Shown here: piece by piece, positions 28,501-37,933 of the stretch
How positions within the stretch are numbered: the first letter of the stretch is position 1
How the letters are laid out: each line of letters opens with the position of its first letter
NCBI GenBank assembly: GCA_038852315.1
Contig: JAWCKF010000002.1
Location: forward strand, 12,840-76,839
From: Thermoplasmata archaeon
GTDB lineage: Archaea > Thermoplasmatota > Thermoplasmata > UBA10834
Reading direction: 5' to 3'
Length of the DNA: 64,000 nt
The notes under the pieces: model-generated
Seen by the model: the letters and a program-made list of their open reading frames with translations, nothing else
Database searches by the model: none
What the model was told of the DNA's origin: nothing
Program-made: the position numbers and the translations under genes

Positions 28501-29185
28501 GATAGCCGACTGCGAGAAGCAGATGTCGACGCTCGGCGCCGTGAACCTAAAGGCGATAGACGAGTACGAGGAGAAGAAGAAGAGGCACGATGAGCTGAAG
28601 GAGGAGATAGGCCAGCTCGAGAAGCAGAAGGCCAACCTGAACAAGCTCGTGGCCGAGCTGAACGAGAAGAAGAAGCTGGGCTTCAACAAGATATTCGGCG
28701 CAATCAACGAGAACTTCAAGAAGATTTTCGCGGAGCTCTCGGGCGGGGGCGAGGCGGAGCTGCTGCTCGAAAACGAGCAGGACCCCCTCGCGGGCGGACT
28801 CATAATCAGGGCCCGTCCGAAAGACAAGAAGGCGGTGAGGATGGAGGCGCTCTCCGGCGGGGAGAAGAGCCTGACTGCGCTGTCGTTCATATTCGCCATA
28901 CAGGCCCACGAGCCGTCGCCGTTCTACCTGCTCGACGAAGTGGACATGTTCCTGGACGGCGTGAACGCAGAGAACGTCGCCAAGGCCGTGAAAAGGAGCT
29001 CGAAGAACGCCCAGTTCATACAGATATCCCTCAGGAAGGTCACGCTGAAGGAGGCCGATCACATAATAGGCGTGACGATGCAGCGCGACGGCATCTCCGA
29101 GATCGTCATGAAGCCGAACATCGGAGACGAGATCGAGGCGCAGGAGGCTGTCGAGCCAGAACAGGCGGAGCAGGGGGCGAGCTGA
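25583..29185 (+). CDS. smc: SMC chromosome segregation ATPase
   Basis: ATG 25583 gives [40 protein letters not shown] (Walker A). It has long coiled coils, a hinge ([12 protein letters not shown]), the signature [13 protein letters not shown] and Walker B FYLLDEVD. Confidence 0.92.
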   Translation: [1200 protein letters not shown]

Positions 29186-29187
29186 CC

Positions 29188-30117
29188 ATGGCGATGGCTA
29201 TTGATGCGCAGGCCGTGCTCGACCACCTTGTGTTCCACAAGTCGTTGATAGACGACTCCGAGGGCGCAGGGGACAGGGGTGCGAGGCTGGAGAACTACAT
29301 CAGGATGGTCAACGAGATGGGCCAGGGTACGCTCGTGCCGTCCGACGACCCCTTCGAGAGGGGCGTCGCGCTCGTGTTCGAGCTCGTCGTCCAGCAGAAG
29401 TTCGACCCGTGGGACATCGACCTGGTGGAGTTCTCGAAGATGTATCTGAGCAAGGTCAGGAAAGCTTCCGAACTCAACCTTATAGTCGCGGGCAAGCTGG
29501 TCTACATGGCCTGGGAGATACTGAGGATGCAGAGCGAGCAGGTCCTCCGCAGGGTCGACAGGCCCGAGACGGTCGAGCTGATGTTCGAGGGGTGGGACCC
29601 TGATGGGCTCGAGATGTTCGTAGAGCCGTTCGAGCTCGGCACAGGCGAGGTTCTGCTTCACTCCGAGCAGGTGCCCATAGAAGAGAAGGTCAGGAGGAAG
29701 GCGGACAGGCCCGTCACACTCATAGACCTCCTGGACGCGTTCGAGGAGGCCAAGAAGGAGAGCGACATCAGGCAGGAGCTCGCCAGGCTCATGCAGAAGT
29801 ACCGCAGGCCGGAGTTCGACGACAAGGCTCACAAGGACAGCCTCGAGGACGACATCGTCATGATCTGGGAGCGCATACAGAGATGCGGCGGAGGGGCCAT
29901 CCCGTTCACCGACATATGCAACGGAGACAAGGAGGACAGAGTGACGGCGTTCGTCGCGATACTCTACCTCGCCAAGCTGGGCAAGATATCGATCTGGCAG
30001 AAGAAGCTGCCGTATGGCGAGATATTCCTCGAGGTCAAGGTGCCCTGGGACATCGCCCAGCTCGAAGATGCCGTCGCCGTCGAGAACGTCAAGGTCGAGA
30101 CACCGGTGATCAAGTGA
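29188..30117 (+). CDS. scpA: Segregation and condensation protein A (kleisin)
   Basis: It starts 3 nt after the smc stop. The ScpA-type N-terminus is FDPWDIDLVEFSKMYL. Confidence 0.85.
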   Translation: MAMAIDAQAVLDHLVFHKSLIDDSEGAGDRGARLENYIRMVNEMGQGTLVPSDDPFERGVALVFELVVQQKFDPWDIDLVEFSKMYLSKVRKASELNLIVAGKLVYMAWEILRMQSEQVLRRVDRPETVELMFEGWDPDGLEMFVEPFELGTGEVLLHSEQVPIEEKVRRKADRPVTLIDLLDAFEEAKKESDIRQELARLMQKYRRPEFDDKAHKDSLEDDIVMIWERIQRCGGGAIPFTDICNGDKEDRVTAFVAILYLAKLGKISIWQKKLPYGEIFLEVKVPWDIAQLEDAVAVENVKVETPVIK

Positions 30118-30629
30118 GCAGCAGCGAGAGAGTCATAGAGGCCGCGCTCTTCTCAGCGGCGAAACCTGTGACGGTCACTGACCTGAACACGGTCACGGGC
30201 CTGGACCCGAGGACCATAAGGTCTGCCCTGAAGAAGCTGATGGAGGAGTACAACGAGTCGGACAGGGCGATTGAGATAGCCAAGATGGGACCGAGGTATG
30301 CTATGCAGGTGAAGCGGCAGTATGTGGACGCGGCCGCGCGCCTGGCAGAGCTCAAGATACCCAAAGAGGTTCTGAAGACCGCGTCATTGATAGCCTACTA
30401 CCAGCCAGTCCTCCAGAGCAAGATGTACGACCTGATCGGCAGCAGGATATACGAGGACGTAAAGGTCCTTTCGGACCTCGGCTTGGTCAGGGCGAAGCCG
30501 AAGAAGAAGAGCGTGGAGCTGACCACGACCAAGAAGTTCATCGAGACGTTCGGGATAGATGCGCGCTCGCGCGAGGACGTGAAGGCCTGGTTCGAGGAGC
30601 AACTCGCCAAGATGTCGGGCAAGAAGTGA
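30114..30629 (+). CDS. scpB: Segregation and condensation protein B
   Basis: The GTG at 30114 is in a GTGA overlap with the scpA stop. The N-terminus (M)SSSERVIEAALFSAAKPVTVTDL is ScpB-typical. Track ORF 29883..30629 is over-extended. Confidence 0.8.
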   Translation: MSSSERVIEAALFSAAKPVTVTDLNTVTGLDPRTIRSALKKLMEEYNESDRAIEIAKMGPRYAMQVKRQYVDAAARLAELKIPKEVLKTASLIAYYQPVLQSKMYDLIGSRIYEDVKVLSDLGLVRAKPKKKSVELTTTKKFIETFGIDARSREDVKAWFEEQLAKMSGKK

Positions 30630-30719
30630 TACTTGGGTGGCCTGCCAGCCGCTGGTCGTGGCGGCCTAACGACGCAAACCTTTAAGTCCAGCCTGTCCAT
30701 TGACTCGGCCGTGATTTAG

Positions 30720-30935
30720 ATGGTGATGCCTCTGAGTTTGTTGGAGAAATCCATGAACAAGAAGGTGACGCTGCTCCTGAAGGACAGCAGGCTTCTTGTG
30801 GGCACCCTCGTCGGTTTCGACGACTACCTCAACATGGTGCTCGAGGACACCGAGGAGACGAACGGCGAGAACGTGAAGCGCCTCGGGACGGTCATTCTCC
30901 GCGGAAACAACGTGGTCAGCATATCTCCTCAGTGA
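30720..30935 (+). CDS. Sm-like archaeal protein (LSm/SmAP)
   Basis: 71 aa. The Sm1/Sm2 motifs are VTLLLKDSRLLVGTLVGFDDYLNMVLED...VILRGNNVVSI. Confidence 0.85.
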   Translation: MVMPLSLLEKSMNKKVTLLLKDSRLLVGTLVGFDDYLNMVLEDTEETNGENVKRLGTVILRGNNVVSISPQ

Positions 30936-31000
30936 TTCCGCAGACCAGTTCTGATTGTATTGGCCCGGCGCACGCAGTGCACCCTCTTGGGACAGCATCC

Positions 31001-31008
31001 TTTTATTA
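31001..31008 (+). promoter_or_regulatory. TATA box (TTTTATTA) for the 31032 gene
   Basis: It is centred about 27 nt upstream of GTG 31032, consistent with a leaderless mRNA. Confidence 0.45.
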
Positions 31009-31031
31009 CGGCGAATGACATCCAGAAGCAC

Positions 31032-32015
31032 GTGAAGGCGGTCCTACTTGTCGGAGGCATGGGCACTCGTCTCAGGCCGCTGACATACAGAATACCGAAA
31101 CCGCTCGTGCCCGTCATGGGCAAGCCTCTGATGATGCACGTCCTTGACAAGATCCCGAAAGAGGTTGACGAGGTCATCATACCGGTGAGCTACAAGAAGG
31201 ACATGATGGAAGACTATCTCCGGAAGCACCCGCCGAGCCGGAGGGTCACGCTCGTCGACGAGCCAGTGGCGCTCGGCACAGGCGGGGCCGTCAAGAACGT
31301 CGAACACATGCTCGACGGGGCTTTCTTCGTAATCAACGGCGACAGCGTGTGGTCGCTCGACCTCGGCGAGTTCGTCAGATTCCACCGGAGGAAGAGGGCC
31401 TTCGCAACGATATCCCTTTGGCCGGTCGAGGATCCGACGCCCTATGGCGTCGTCGAGCTCAACGGGGAGGGGAGGATCGTCAGATTCCAGGAGAAGCCCA
31501 AGAGGGAGGAGGCATTCTCCAACCTGATAAACGCGGGCGTCTATCTCCTTGAGCACGAGGTTCTCGACTACATCGGGAAAGGTTTTGTCTCGATGGAACG
31601 AGAGGTCTTCCCACGGATACTTGACAGGGGGATGTACGGGTACAGATTCGATGGTTACTGGGTGGACTGCGGCCGCAGGGAGGACCTCTTGGAAGCCTTT
31701 TGGACGATCATGGGCGGAGACTCAAGGGAGCTCGACAGGAAGGCGGTCATCGAGGGGGCGGAGCTGAAAGCTCCTTATGTAATCCGGGAGGAAGCCGTCG
31801 TGGCCGGGGCAATCATCGGTCCGAAGGCGTACATTTCTGAGAGGGCTGTGGTCGGGTTGCGGTCGATAGTGCAGAGGTCCGTGGTCTACGAGGATGCGAG
31901 GATAGGCACGGGATGCGTTGTGGTCGACTCGATAATCGATGCTGGCGTCACTGTACCAGACGGGGCGACTGTGCAATCCGAGATACTGAGCAACTCGAAG
32001 CCAGACGAGCCGTAG
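31032..32015 (+). CDS. NDP-sugar pyrophosphorylase (sugar-1-phosphate nucleotidyltransferase with a C-terminal LbH domain)
   Basis: GTG 31032 gives (M)KAVLLVGGMGTRLRPLTYRIPKPLVPV, the G-x-G-T-R-L signature. Track ORF 30960..32015 is slightly over-extended. Confidence 0.8.
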   Translation: MKAVLLVGGMGTRLRPLTYRIPKPLVPVMGKPLMMHVLDKIPKEVDEVIIPVSYKKDMMEDYLRKHPPSRRVTLVDEPVALGTGGAVKNVEHMLDGAFFVINGDSVWSLDLGEFVRFHRRKRAFATISLWPVEDPTPYGVVELNGEGRIVRFQEKPKREEAFSNLINAGVYLLEHEVLDYIGKGFVSMEREVFPRILDRGMYGYRFDGYWVDCGRREDLLEAFWTIMGGDSRELDRKAVIEGAELKAPYVIREEAVVAGAIIGPKAYISERAVVGLRSIVQRSVVYEDARIGTGCVVVDSIIDAGVTVPDGATVQSEILSNSKPDEP

Positions 32016-32288
32016 GTGCGTCCGATGGCGAAGAAGATCAGGAAGGTGCCGGCATCCCCTCTCCGAATCGCAGTGGACCTGCTCGTACCATGGGTTTTCA
32101 TGGCGATCGGGGCCGTCGTCGGGCACGGCCTTGGCCTGGGCCAGTCGGCCACCGTCGGCCTGGCTCTGGCCTTTGCGCTAGGAGCGACGGTAGGCGTGTA
32201 CTACTTCGAGCGGTACAGGCGGATATCGAAGCTCAGGAGGGCCAGGGATGACTCGTCGCCCTGGCCCCCTAGAACCCGAAGAACCTGA
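32016..32288 (+). CDS. Possible small two-TM membrane protein (Gly-zipper helices)
   Basis: 90-aa ORF immediately after the previous stop, with hydrophobic, G-rich helices. Its 3' end overlaps the convergent pit gene by 20 nt. Support is weak. Confidence 0.35.
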   Translation: MRPMAKKIRKVPASPLRIAVDLLVPWVFMAIGAVVGHGLGLGQSATVGLALAFALGATVGVYYFERYRRISKLRRARDDSSPWPPRTRRT

Positions 32289-33297
32289 GCAGTAAGAACA
32301 GACTGCCCGAGACCGTGGCTGCCGCTGGTATGGTGAGTATCCAGACTATGATGATCTTTCTCCCGACACCCCACCTCACCGCTGAGAATCTGCGTGTGGC
32401 ACCGACACCCATTATGCCGCCCGAGATCGTATGTGTCGTGCTCACGGGTATACCCAGCCTGGCGGTGGCGAAGAGCATCATCGCAGCACCAGTCTCCGCG
32501 CAGAAACCCTGGTAGGGGTCGAGCTTTGTTATCCTGGACGCCATGGTCCGGACTATCCTCCATCCGCCGAAGAACGTCCCCAGAGCTATGGTCGATGCGC
32601 ACATGATCTTGACCCAGAGCTCGACGTCGAACGCGGTTGTGGGGAGAGTCCCTGCCTCGACGAGCAGGAGCATCTGTATGATACCCATACCCTTCTGTGC
32701 ATCGTTTGTGCCGTGTGTGAACGAATAGAACGCCGAAGACAGGATCTGGAGCTTTCTGAAGTACTTGTTCACATGGGCTCTCGAGTGCTTCCTCGCGATT
32801 CTCATGACGAGCGCCGTCAAGAGAAACGCGGCGACGAATCCGACAGCGGGCGATATCACGATGAAAGCCACTGTTCTCAGTGTGCCCTCCCAGACGACAG
32901 CGTCAACAAATGCAATCGCACCACCCGCACCGATTAGCCCACCAACCAAGGCGTGGCTGCTCGATGTCGGAAGGCCCATCCACCAGGTTATCAGGTCCCA
33001 TATCACGGCACCGACCACGGCGCAGAAGATGAGTATGATGCCGTAGTCCTGCACCAGATGCGGATCGATTATCCCCGTGCCTATAGTCTTCGCTACGCCC
33101 TCGAAAAAGACCGCGCCTATCAGGTTGCAGACCGCCGCGAGACCGACCGCCCTCACAGGCGAGAGCACCTTCGTCGCGACGATGGTCGCTATCGAGTTGG
33201 CCGAGTCGTGAAAGCCGTTGACGAACTCGAAGACAAGGGTAACGGATATCGTCACAGCTCCGAGAAGGCTGAGGCCCAAGATGTCCATCGGACGCAC
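32269..33297 (-). CDS. pitA: PiT-family inorganic phosphate transporter
   Basis: The FVNGFHDSANSIAT motif is present, with a second copy FTHGTNDAQKGMG. Confidence 0.9.
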   Translation of the reverse strand: MRPMDILGLSLLGAVTISVTLVFEFVNGFHDSANSIATIVATKVLSPVRAVGLAAVCNLIGAVFFEGVAKTIGTGIIDPHLVQDYGIILIFCAVVGAVIWDLITWWMGLPTSSSHALVGGLIGAGGAIAFVDAVVWEGTLRTVAFIVISPAVGFVAAFLLTALVMRIARKHSRAHVNKYFRKLQILSSAFYSFTHGTNDAQKGMGIIQMLLLVEAGTLPTTAFDVELWVKIMCASTIALGTFFGGWRIVRTMASRITKLDPYQGFCAETGAAMMLFATARLGIPVSTTHTISGGIMGVGATRRFSAVRWGVGRKIIIVWILTIPAAATVSGSLFLLLRFFGF

Positions 33298-33927
33298 CTA
33301 GGAGTTCTTGATGAACACGTCCTTTATGATGTCCGCGACATCCTCGCACTTGTCTGTGGCCATCTCCATGTACTCGTATATCTCCTTCAGCTTGATTATG
33401 TCGATGACATCATAACCCTTGAACAGGCCCGCAACGGCCGTATGCGTCACATCGTCAGCGACGTTCTCCAGCCTGTTGATCTCGATGCAATGGGTCAGGA
33501 TGTCCGTCTTTGATGTGAGCCTCCTCAGGTCCTTCACGGCATGGTTCACCTCCTTGGTAGAACTGAGTATCACCTCAGCCAACTTCACCATGTCGGGCGG
33601 AACCGACCTTATCTCGTACGACCACATCCTGTGCGATGCCGCCTCTATGAAATCGAGCACGTCGTCCAGCTTCGACGCGAGTTCCGACATGTCGTCATGG
33701 TCTATTGGGGTGACGAACGTCTTGTTCAGCTCCTGAGCGATCGTGTGTACGACATCGTCACCCCTGTGTTCGATATCCTTTATGTGGTCCCGCTTCTCGG
33801 CGATGCGCGTGAAGTTCCTTGTCATATCCAGGAGCGCGTTCGCCCCCTCGAGCACGATGTCGGCCTGCTTCTCAAGGAGGTCGAAGAAGTGCTTGTCCTG
33901 CGGGATTATCCATTCCTTGAATCCCAT
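33298..33927 (-). CDS. DUF47 / PhoU-like Pit accessory protein
   Basis: MGFKEWIIPQDKHFFDLLEKQADIV... It is contiguous with pit (stop and start abut). Confidence 0.85.
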   Translation of the reverse strand: MGFKEWIIPQDKHFFDLLEKQADIVLEGANALLDMTRNFTRIAEKRDHIKDIEHRGDDVVHTIAQELNKTFVTPIDHDDMSELASKLDDVLDFIEAASHRMWSYEIRSVPPDMVKLAEVILSSTKEVNHAVKDLRRLTSKTDILTHCIEINRLENVADDVTHTAVAGLFKGYDVIDIIKLKEIYEYMEMATDKCEDVADIIKDVFIKNS

Positions 33928-34076
33928 CCGCGTCCTTCCCCCTTGCGAGGTCATGCTGATGGGGAGTTTTAACCCTTGCTGTCGGCTCGACCGGCGGCTA
34001 TGCAGGGCCTGGAACGGCTCTGTGTTTCGACGTAGAGGCGGAAGCTTTTATTGGATACTCGGACATCCACAAAGCG

Positions 34077-35456
34077 ATGGTGAAGAAGACCCGGCCTGCG
34101 GCTGTACCCAGACTGTTTGGCACGAATGGCGTGCGCGGAATCGTCAATTCGAGAGAGATGGACAGCCAGTTCGCGCTCAAGCTCGGCATGGCGATAGGTA
34201 CGTTCATGAAGGGAAGGGTGATGCTCGGGACCGATGCGCGCACGTCGAATGAGATGCTCAAGTCCGCGTGCGCGGCCGGACTCATGGCGACAGGCTGCGA
34301 TGTCCTGGACTGCGGCGTCGTTCCGACGCCGACGCTGCAGTATGCCGTCAGAACCGATGATGCGGCTGGCGGCGTCATGATAACCGCGAGTCACAACCCT
34401 CCCGAATTCAACGGGATCAAGTGCATCGACTCTGATGGCACCGAGATGAGCAGGGCGAGCGAGGAAACCATCGAGCGGATATACGCCGAACAAGCATTCT
34501 CGAGGGCTAGCTGGGATCGGGTAGGTCGGTTGGTGCCTCACACTAACGTTATCGACAGATATGTCACAGACATTGTGTCCAGGGTGGATGCTGAGGCAAT
34601 CAGGAAGGCCGGCCTGAGGGTGGCACTCGATTGCGGCAATGGCGCTGGCAGCCTCGTCTCCCCAAAGGTGCTTGAGAGGTTGGGCGTGAAGTATGTCACG
34701 CTGAACTCAAACCCAGACGGCGCTTTCCCAGCCCACAACAGCGAACCGACGCCAGAGAACACCAGGGACGTCGTTGAACTCGTTCGAGCCGGCGGGTTCG
34801 ACATGGGCATAGTCCATGACGGGGATGCTGACAGGACCGTGTTCATTGATGAGACCGGGAGATACCTGTTTGGCGACAGGAGCCTGGCTATATTAGCATA
34901 CCATATGTGCAAGGCGAAGCCCGGGAGCCTGGTTGTGACGAACGTCGCATCCTCGAGATGCGTTGAGGACGCAGTCAGGATGGCCGGCGGCAGGATAATG
35001 CTTACGCGCGTAGGCTCCCCCACGATCGCTCGCGTCATGAAGGAGTACGGGGGCGTGTTCGGAGGGGAGGAGAACGGCGGGCTGATATTCGCTGACTTCC
35101 AGTATTGCAGGGACGGCGCAATGGCCGCGGCCAAGATGCTCGAGACAGTCGCGAAGAACGGCAAGCTGTCGAAGCTCAACGACGAGATACCCTCCTATTG
35201 TCAGTTCAAGACGAAGACCCCCTGCCCGGACGAGAAGAAGGACGCGGTCATCCGCAGGCTGGCCGATGAGGCGAAGGGGCTGAAGGTCGACACGACCGAC
35301 GGCGTGAAGATCCTTTTCGATGACTGCTGGGTCATCGTGAGACCGTCTGGGACGGAGCCGATCTTCAGGATATTCTCCGAAGCGAAAGAAGAGTCGAAGG
35401 CGAAGGAGCTGGCCGAGAGGTACAAGAAGCGCGTCGAGAGCCTGGTCAAAGCCTGA
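34077..35456 (+). CDS. glmM: Phosphohexomutase (phosphoglucosamine mutase / phosphomanno-/glucomutase)
   Basis: The active-site loop is TASHNPPEFNGIK, the metal loop is HDGDADR and the sugar loop is GEENGG. Confidence 0.85.
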   Translation: MVKKTRPAAVPRLFGTNGVRGIVNSREMDSQFALKLGMAIGTFMKGRVMLGTDARTSNEMLKSACAAGLMATGCDVLDCGVVPTPTLQYAVRTDDAAGGVMITASHNPPEFNGIKCIDSDGTEMSRASEETIERIYAEQAFSRASWDRVGRLVPHTNVIDRYVTDIVSRVDAEAIRKAGLRVALDCGNGAGSLVSPKVLERLGVKYVTLNSNPDGAFPAHNSEPTPENTRDVVELVRAGGFDMGIVHDGDADRTVFIDETGRYLFGDRSLAILAYHMCKAKPGSLVVTNVASSRCVEDAVRMAGGRIMLTRVGSPTIARVMKEYGGVFGGEENGGLIFADFQYCRDGAMAAAKMLETVAKNGKLSKLNDEIPSYCQFKTKTPCPDEKKDAVIRRLADEAKGLKVDTTDGVKILFDDCWVIVRPSGTEPIFRIFSEAKEESKAKELAERYKKRVESLVKA

Positions 35457-35470
35457 TCATGCATCTGCGG

Positions 35471-36331
35471 TCATTTCTTCCGGTGCTTCGACTTCCACTT
35501 TACAGCCATGACCTCCCGCATCATCCTGGCACCGAGGATCGACGTGTTCCCCTGGTCGTATGGAGGGCATATCTCGACTACGTCGAACCCCACCAGCCTG
35601 GGCCCGAGCCTGTTGATGATGTACCTCACGTCCCACGGCGTCAGGCCGAACGGCTCAGGCGTGCCCGTGCCCGGGGCGTACGCCGGGTCGATGCCGTCTA
35701 TGTCCAGCGAAAGGTACACAGGCTCCCTCTTCAGCTTCGAGAGCATCTCATCGAATACTTTGCCCACGCCCTCCTCGTGTACCCTGAAGGCGTCGGCGTA
35801 GAGCGCCTCTTCGACCTTCTCCTCCGACGATATCGAGCGGACGCCGAACGCGAACGCGTTGCCCTTCCCGACGTGGTCCACGATGCGCCTGTGCGCGCAT
35901 GCGTGACTGTTCTTCAGACCCTGGTACTCGTCTCTGAAGTCCAGATGCGCATCTATGGTTATGACTGACACATCTCCGAGTGCCTTCACGACGGGCGGGG
36001 TGATGGAATGCTCCCCACCAATGAACAGAGGGAACTTGCCCGCGGAGGCTATCCTCCTGGCCTCCTCCTCGACGGACGCGACCATCTCGTCCACGGTGCC
36101 CTCCTCGAACAGGTCGCCCGCATCGTGCACAGGTATCTCGTCGAACGTCACCCCGTGCTCGAAGTTCTCCTTCTCGAAGGTCTGTGAGGCTTCCCTGACC
36201 GTAGTCGGGGCGAACCTGGTGCCGCTCCTGTATGTCGTGGTCTTGTCAAACGGCACGCCCACTATGACGAACTCGGCCTCTTCGAAACTCGAAAGAGCGT
36301 CTGCAAACCTCAGCATGCCGCGTATCGGCAC
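35471..36331 (-). CDS. speB: Agmatinase (ureohydrolase family)
   Basis: The Mn-binding motifs are GGEHSIT, IDAHLDFRD and SLDIDGIDP. Confidence 0.85.
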   Translation of the reverse strand: MPIRGMLRFADALSSFEEAEFVIVGVPFDKTTTYRSGTRFAPTTVREASQTFEKENFEHGVTFDEIPVHDAGDLFEEGTVDEMVASVEEEARRIASAGKFPLFIGGEHSITPPVVKALGDVSVITIDAHLDFRDEYQGLKNSHACAHRRIVDHVGKGNAFAFGVRSISSEEKVEEALYADAFRVHEEGVGKVFDEMLSKLKREPVYLSLDIDGIDPAYAPGTGTPEPFGLTPWDVRYIINRLGPRLVGFDVVEICPPYDQGNTSILGARMMREVMAVKWKSKHRKK

Positions 36332-36337
36332 AGCGAA

Positions 36338-36724
36338 TCACACCCGCGTGATCTTCTTTCTGCCCATGGCAACGATATACTGGATCTCGCCCCCAGCCTG
36401 AAGGGAGTCCTTCATGTCCTCGGGTATCGGCAGCGAGAACATCTCATATGTCTCGAGGTCCATGAGCTGCGCTTCGGCTCCATGGAGCGATACGACCTGG
36501 GCCTGGCGCTTGTCTATCATTGGCACCTGGACCTTGTGTTTGACCGGATAGACTACCGAGCGCTTGTTCCCGTCGAATATCCCGATCGCCTCAATCCTCG
36601 CCTTGGCCTCTCCGTGCTTCCCCGGTTTGGAAGTCGATATGCTGATGATCTTGCAGGGCTCGTCGTCTATGTTGATGTAGCGGCCCTCCCTGAGTTCCCT
36701 GACCTCGGCCTGCTCCGTGGACAT
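36338..36724 (-). CDS. aif5A: Translation initiation factor 5A (aIF5A)
   Basis: The hypusine loop is [15 protein letters not shown]. The start is at MSTEQ (ATG 36724; 36733 is also possible). Confidence 0.9.
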   Translation of the reverse strand: MSTEQAEVRELREGRYINIDDEPCKIISISTSKPGKHGEAKARIEAIGIFDGNKRSVVYPVKHKVQVPMIDKRQAQVVSLHGAEAQLMDLETYEMFSLPIPEDMKDSLQAGGEIQYIVAMGRKKITRV

Positions 36725-36776
36725 ACGGTTCACCCGTTGCCAACCGTAACCAACGGTCGTCTAAAATAGTTATCCA

Positions 36777-37826
36777 TCAGCGCCTGCGTCTCTTCCCCTT
36801 GCCAGCAGGCTTCTTCCTGGGTGGCGACGCGTGTTGCTGCCTGATCTCTGCGAGGCGCCTATCGAGCTGCGACCTGAGCACGGCTGATATGTCGCTCCGG
36901 CTGTATGCATCGGCCCTCGCGGCCAGGCATATCTTGCTGGCCAGCGCTCTTGCAATCGCCCCCCGCTGCCAGTAGGGCGCCGAATGCACCAGAGGATGCT
37001 GGAAGAGTATGCCGTGCTTGGGGGGTCGCGAGCCCTCTTTCAGGTGCCTGAACATGGCTTTCTCGGCCCCCAAGAGCTGGACGGTTCCTGAGGGCAGCGT
37101 CGCTAGCCGTCGGAGGCTGCCCGCATGCATTATCAGCCGGGCGCCTATGACCGGGCCAGCGATAGCGTTCAAGTTGGGGGCCACCTCCTTCATCCTGACG
37201 TCTATGTAGCGCTCCAACTTCGCACGAGTATTCATGGATTCCTTCAGCGCGACGGCTAGATCCCTTATCGAACCCAGATCCGTTAGGTCGACTTCGGATC
37301 CTATGGAATCCATCTCCAAGTCGAGCGAGGCCATGACCGCCTTTCGGTCGCCGTGATCTGCCACGGCCTTCGCATATGCCTCGCCCGAGAGGACGTTGCT
37401 TAGCTCGGGGAAATGCAGCCCATACCACTCGTGCAGACGCTCCGAGAGCAGGTTCGTGGTAGCGACGAGATCGTCGTAAGCCCTCACCGCCTGACCCAAG
37501 TGGACGTCCGCGCCGATGCTCTCCCTGACAGCCTGTTTCGCGAGGGCGATGGTTGCCTGGCGGTACAGTTCCAAAGTGAAGCCGTATTCCTCGGGCTTGA
37601 TGAACGACGAATCGAACCTGACGCGCTTGCCGAACTCGCCGAGACGCTTGTCAGTGACCATCTTGGCAGATGATGCCAGGCTGTGCTCTTCCGCGAGGAC
37701 CTCGCCCCTGCGCATCGCCTCGAGGCGCTTGGCTATCTCCTCGGGGTCTTTGGGGAAGAGGGCCGCCCTGCGCACCTTCCCATCCTCGCAGAGGAACGCT
37801 CCAAACCATTTGGTTACTAGTATCAT
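36777..37826 (-). CDS. nop5: Nop56/58 (Nop5), the C/D box sRNP core protein
   Basis: The NOSIC/Nop domain reads LHEWYGLHFPEL...AGSLRRLATLPSGTVQLLGAEKAMFRHL. It has a basic K/R tail. Confidence 0.85.
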   Translation of the reverse strand: MILVTKWFGAFLCEDGKVRRAALFPKDPEEIAKRLEAMRRGEVLAEEHSLASSAKMVTDKRLGEFGKRVRFDSSFIKPEEYGFTLELYRQATIALAKQAVRESIGADVHLGQAVRAYDDLVATTNLLSERLHEWYGLHFPELSNVLSGEAYAKAVADHGDRKAVMASLDLEMDSIGSEVDLTDLGSIRDLAVALKESMNTRAKLERYIDVRMKEVAPNLNAIAGPVIGARLIMHAGSLRRLATLPSGTVQLLGAEKAMFRHLKEGSRPPKHGILFQHPLVHSAPYWQRGAIARALASKICLAARADAYSRSDISAVLRSQLDRRLAEIRQQHASPPRKKPAGKGKRRRR

Positions 37827-37933
37827 TTCAGCTCAGCTCTGTATCCTGAACCCCGATAAAAAGGCTGCCGGGACGCTCGACATGGAAGGTTCTTGTATGC
37901 ATCACATCAATCGGCCTTCGGAGCGAGGACACC

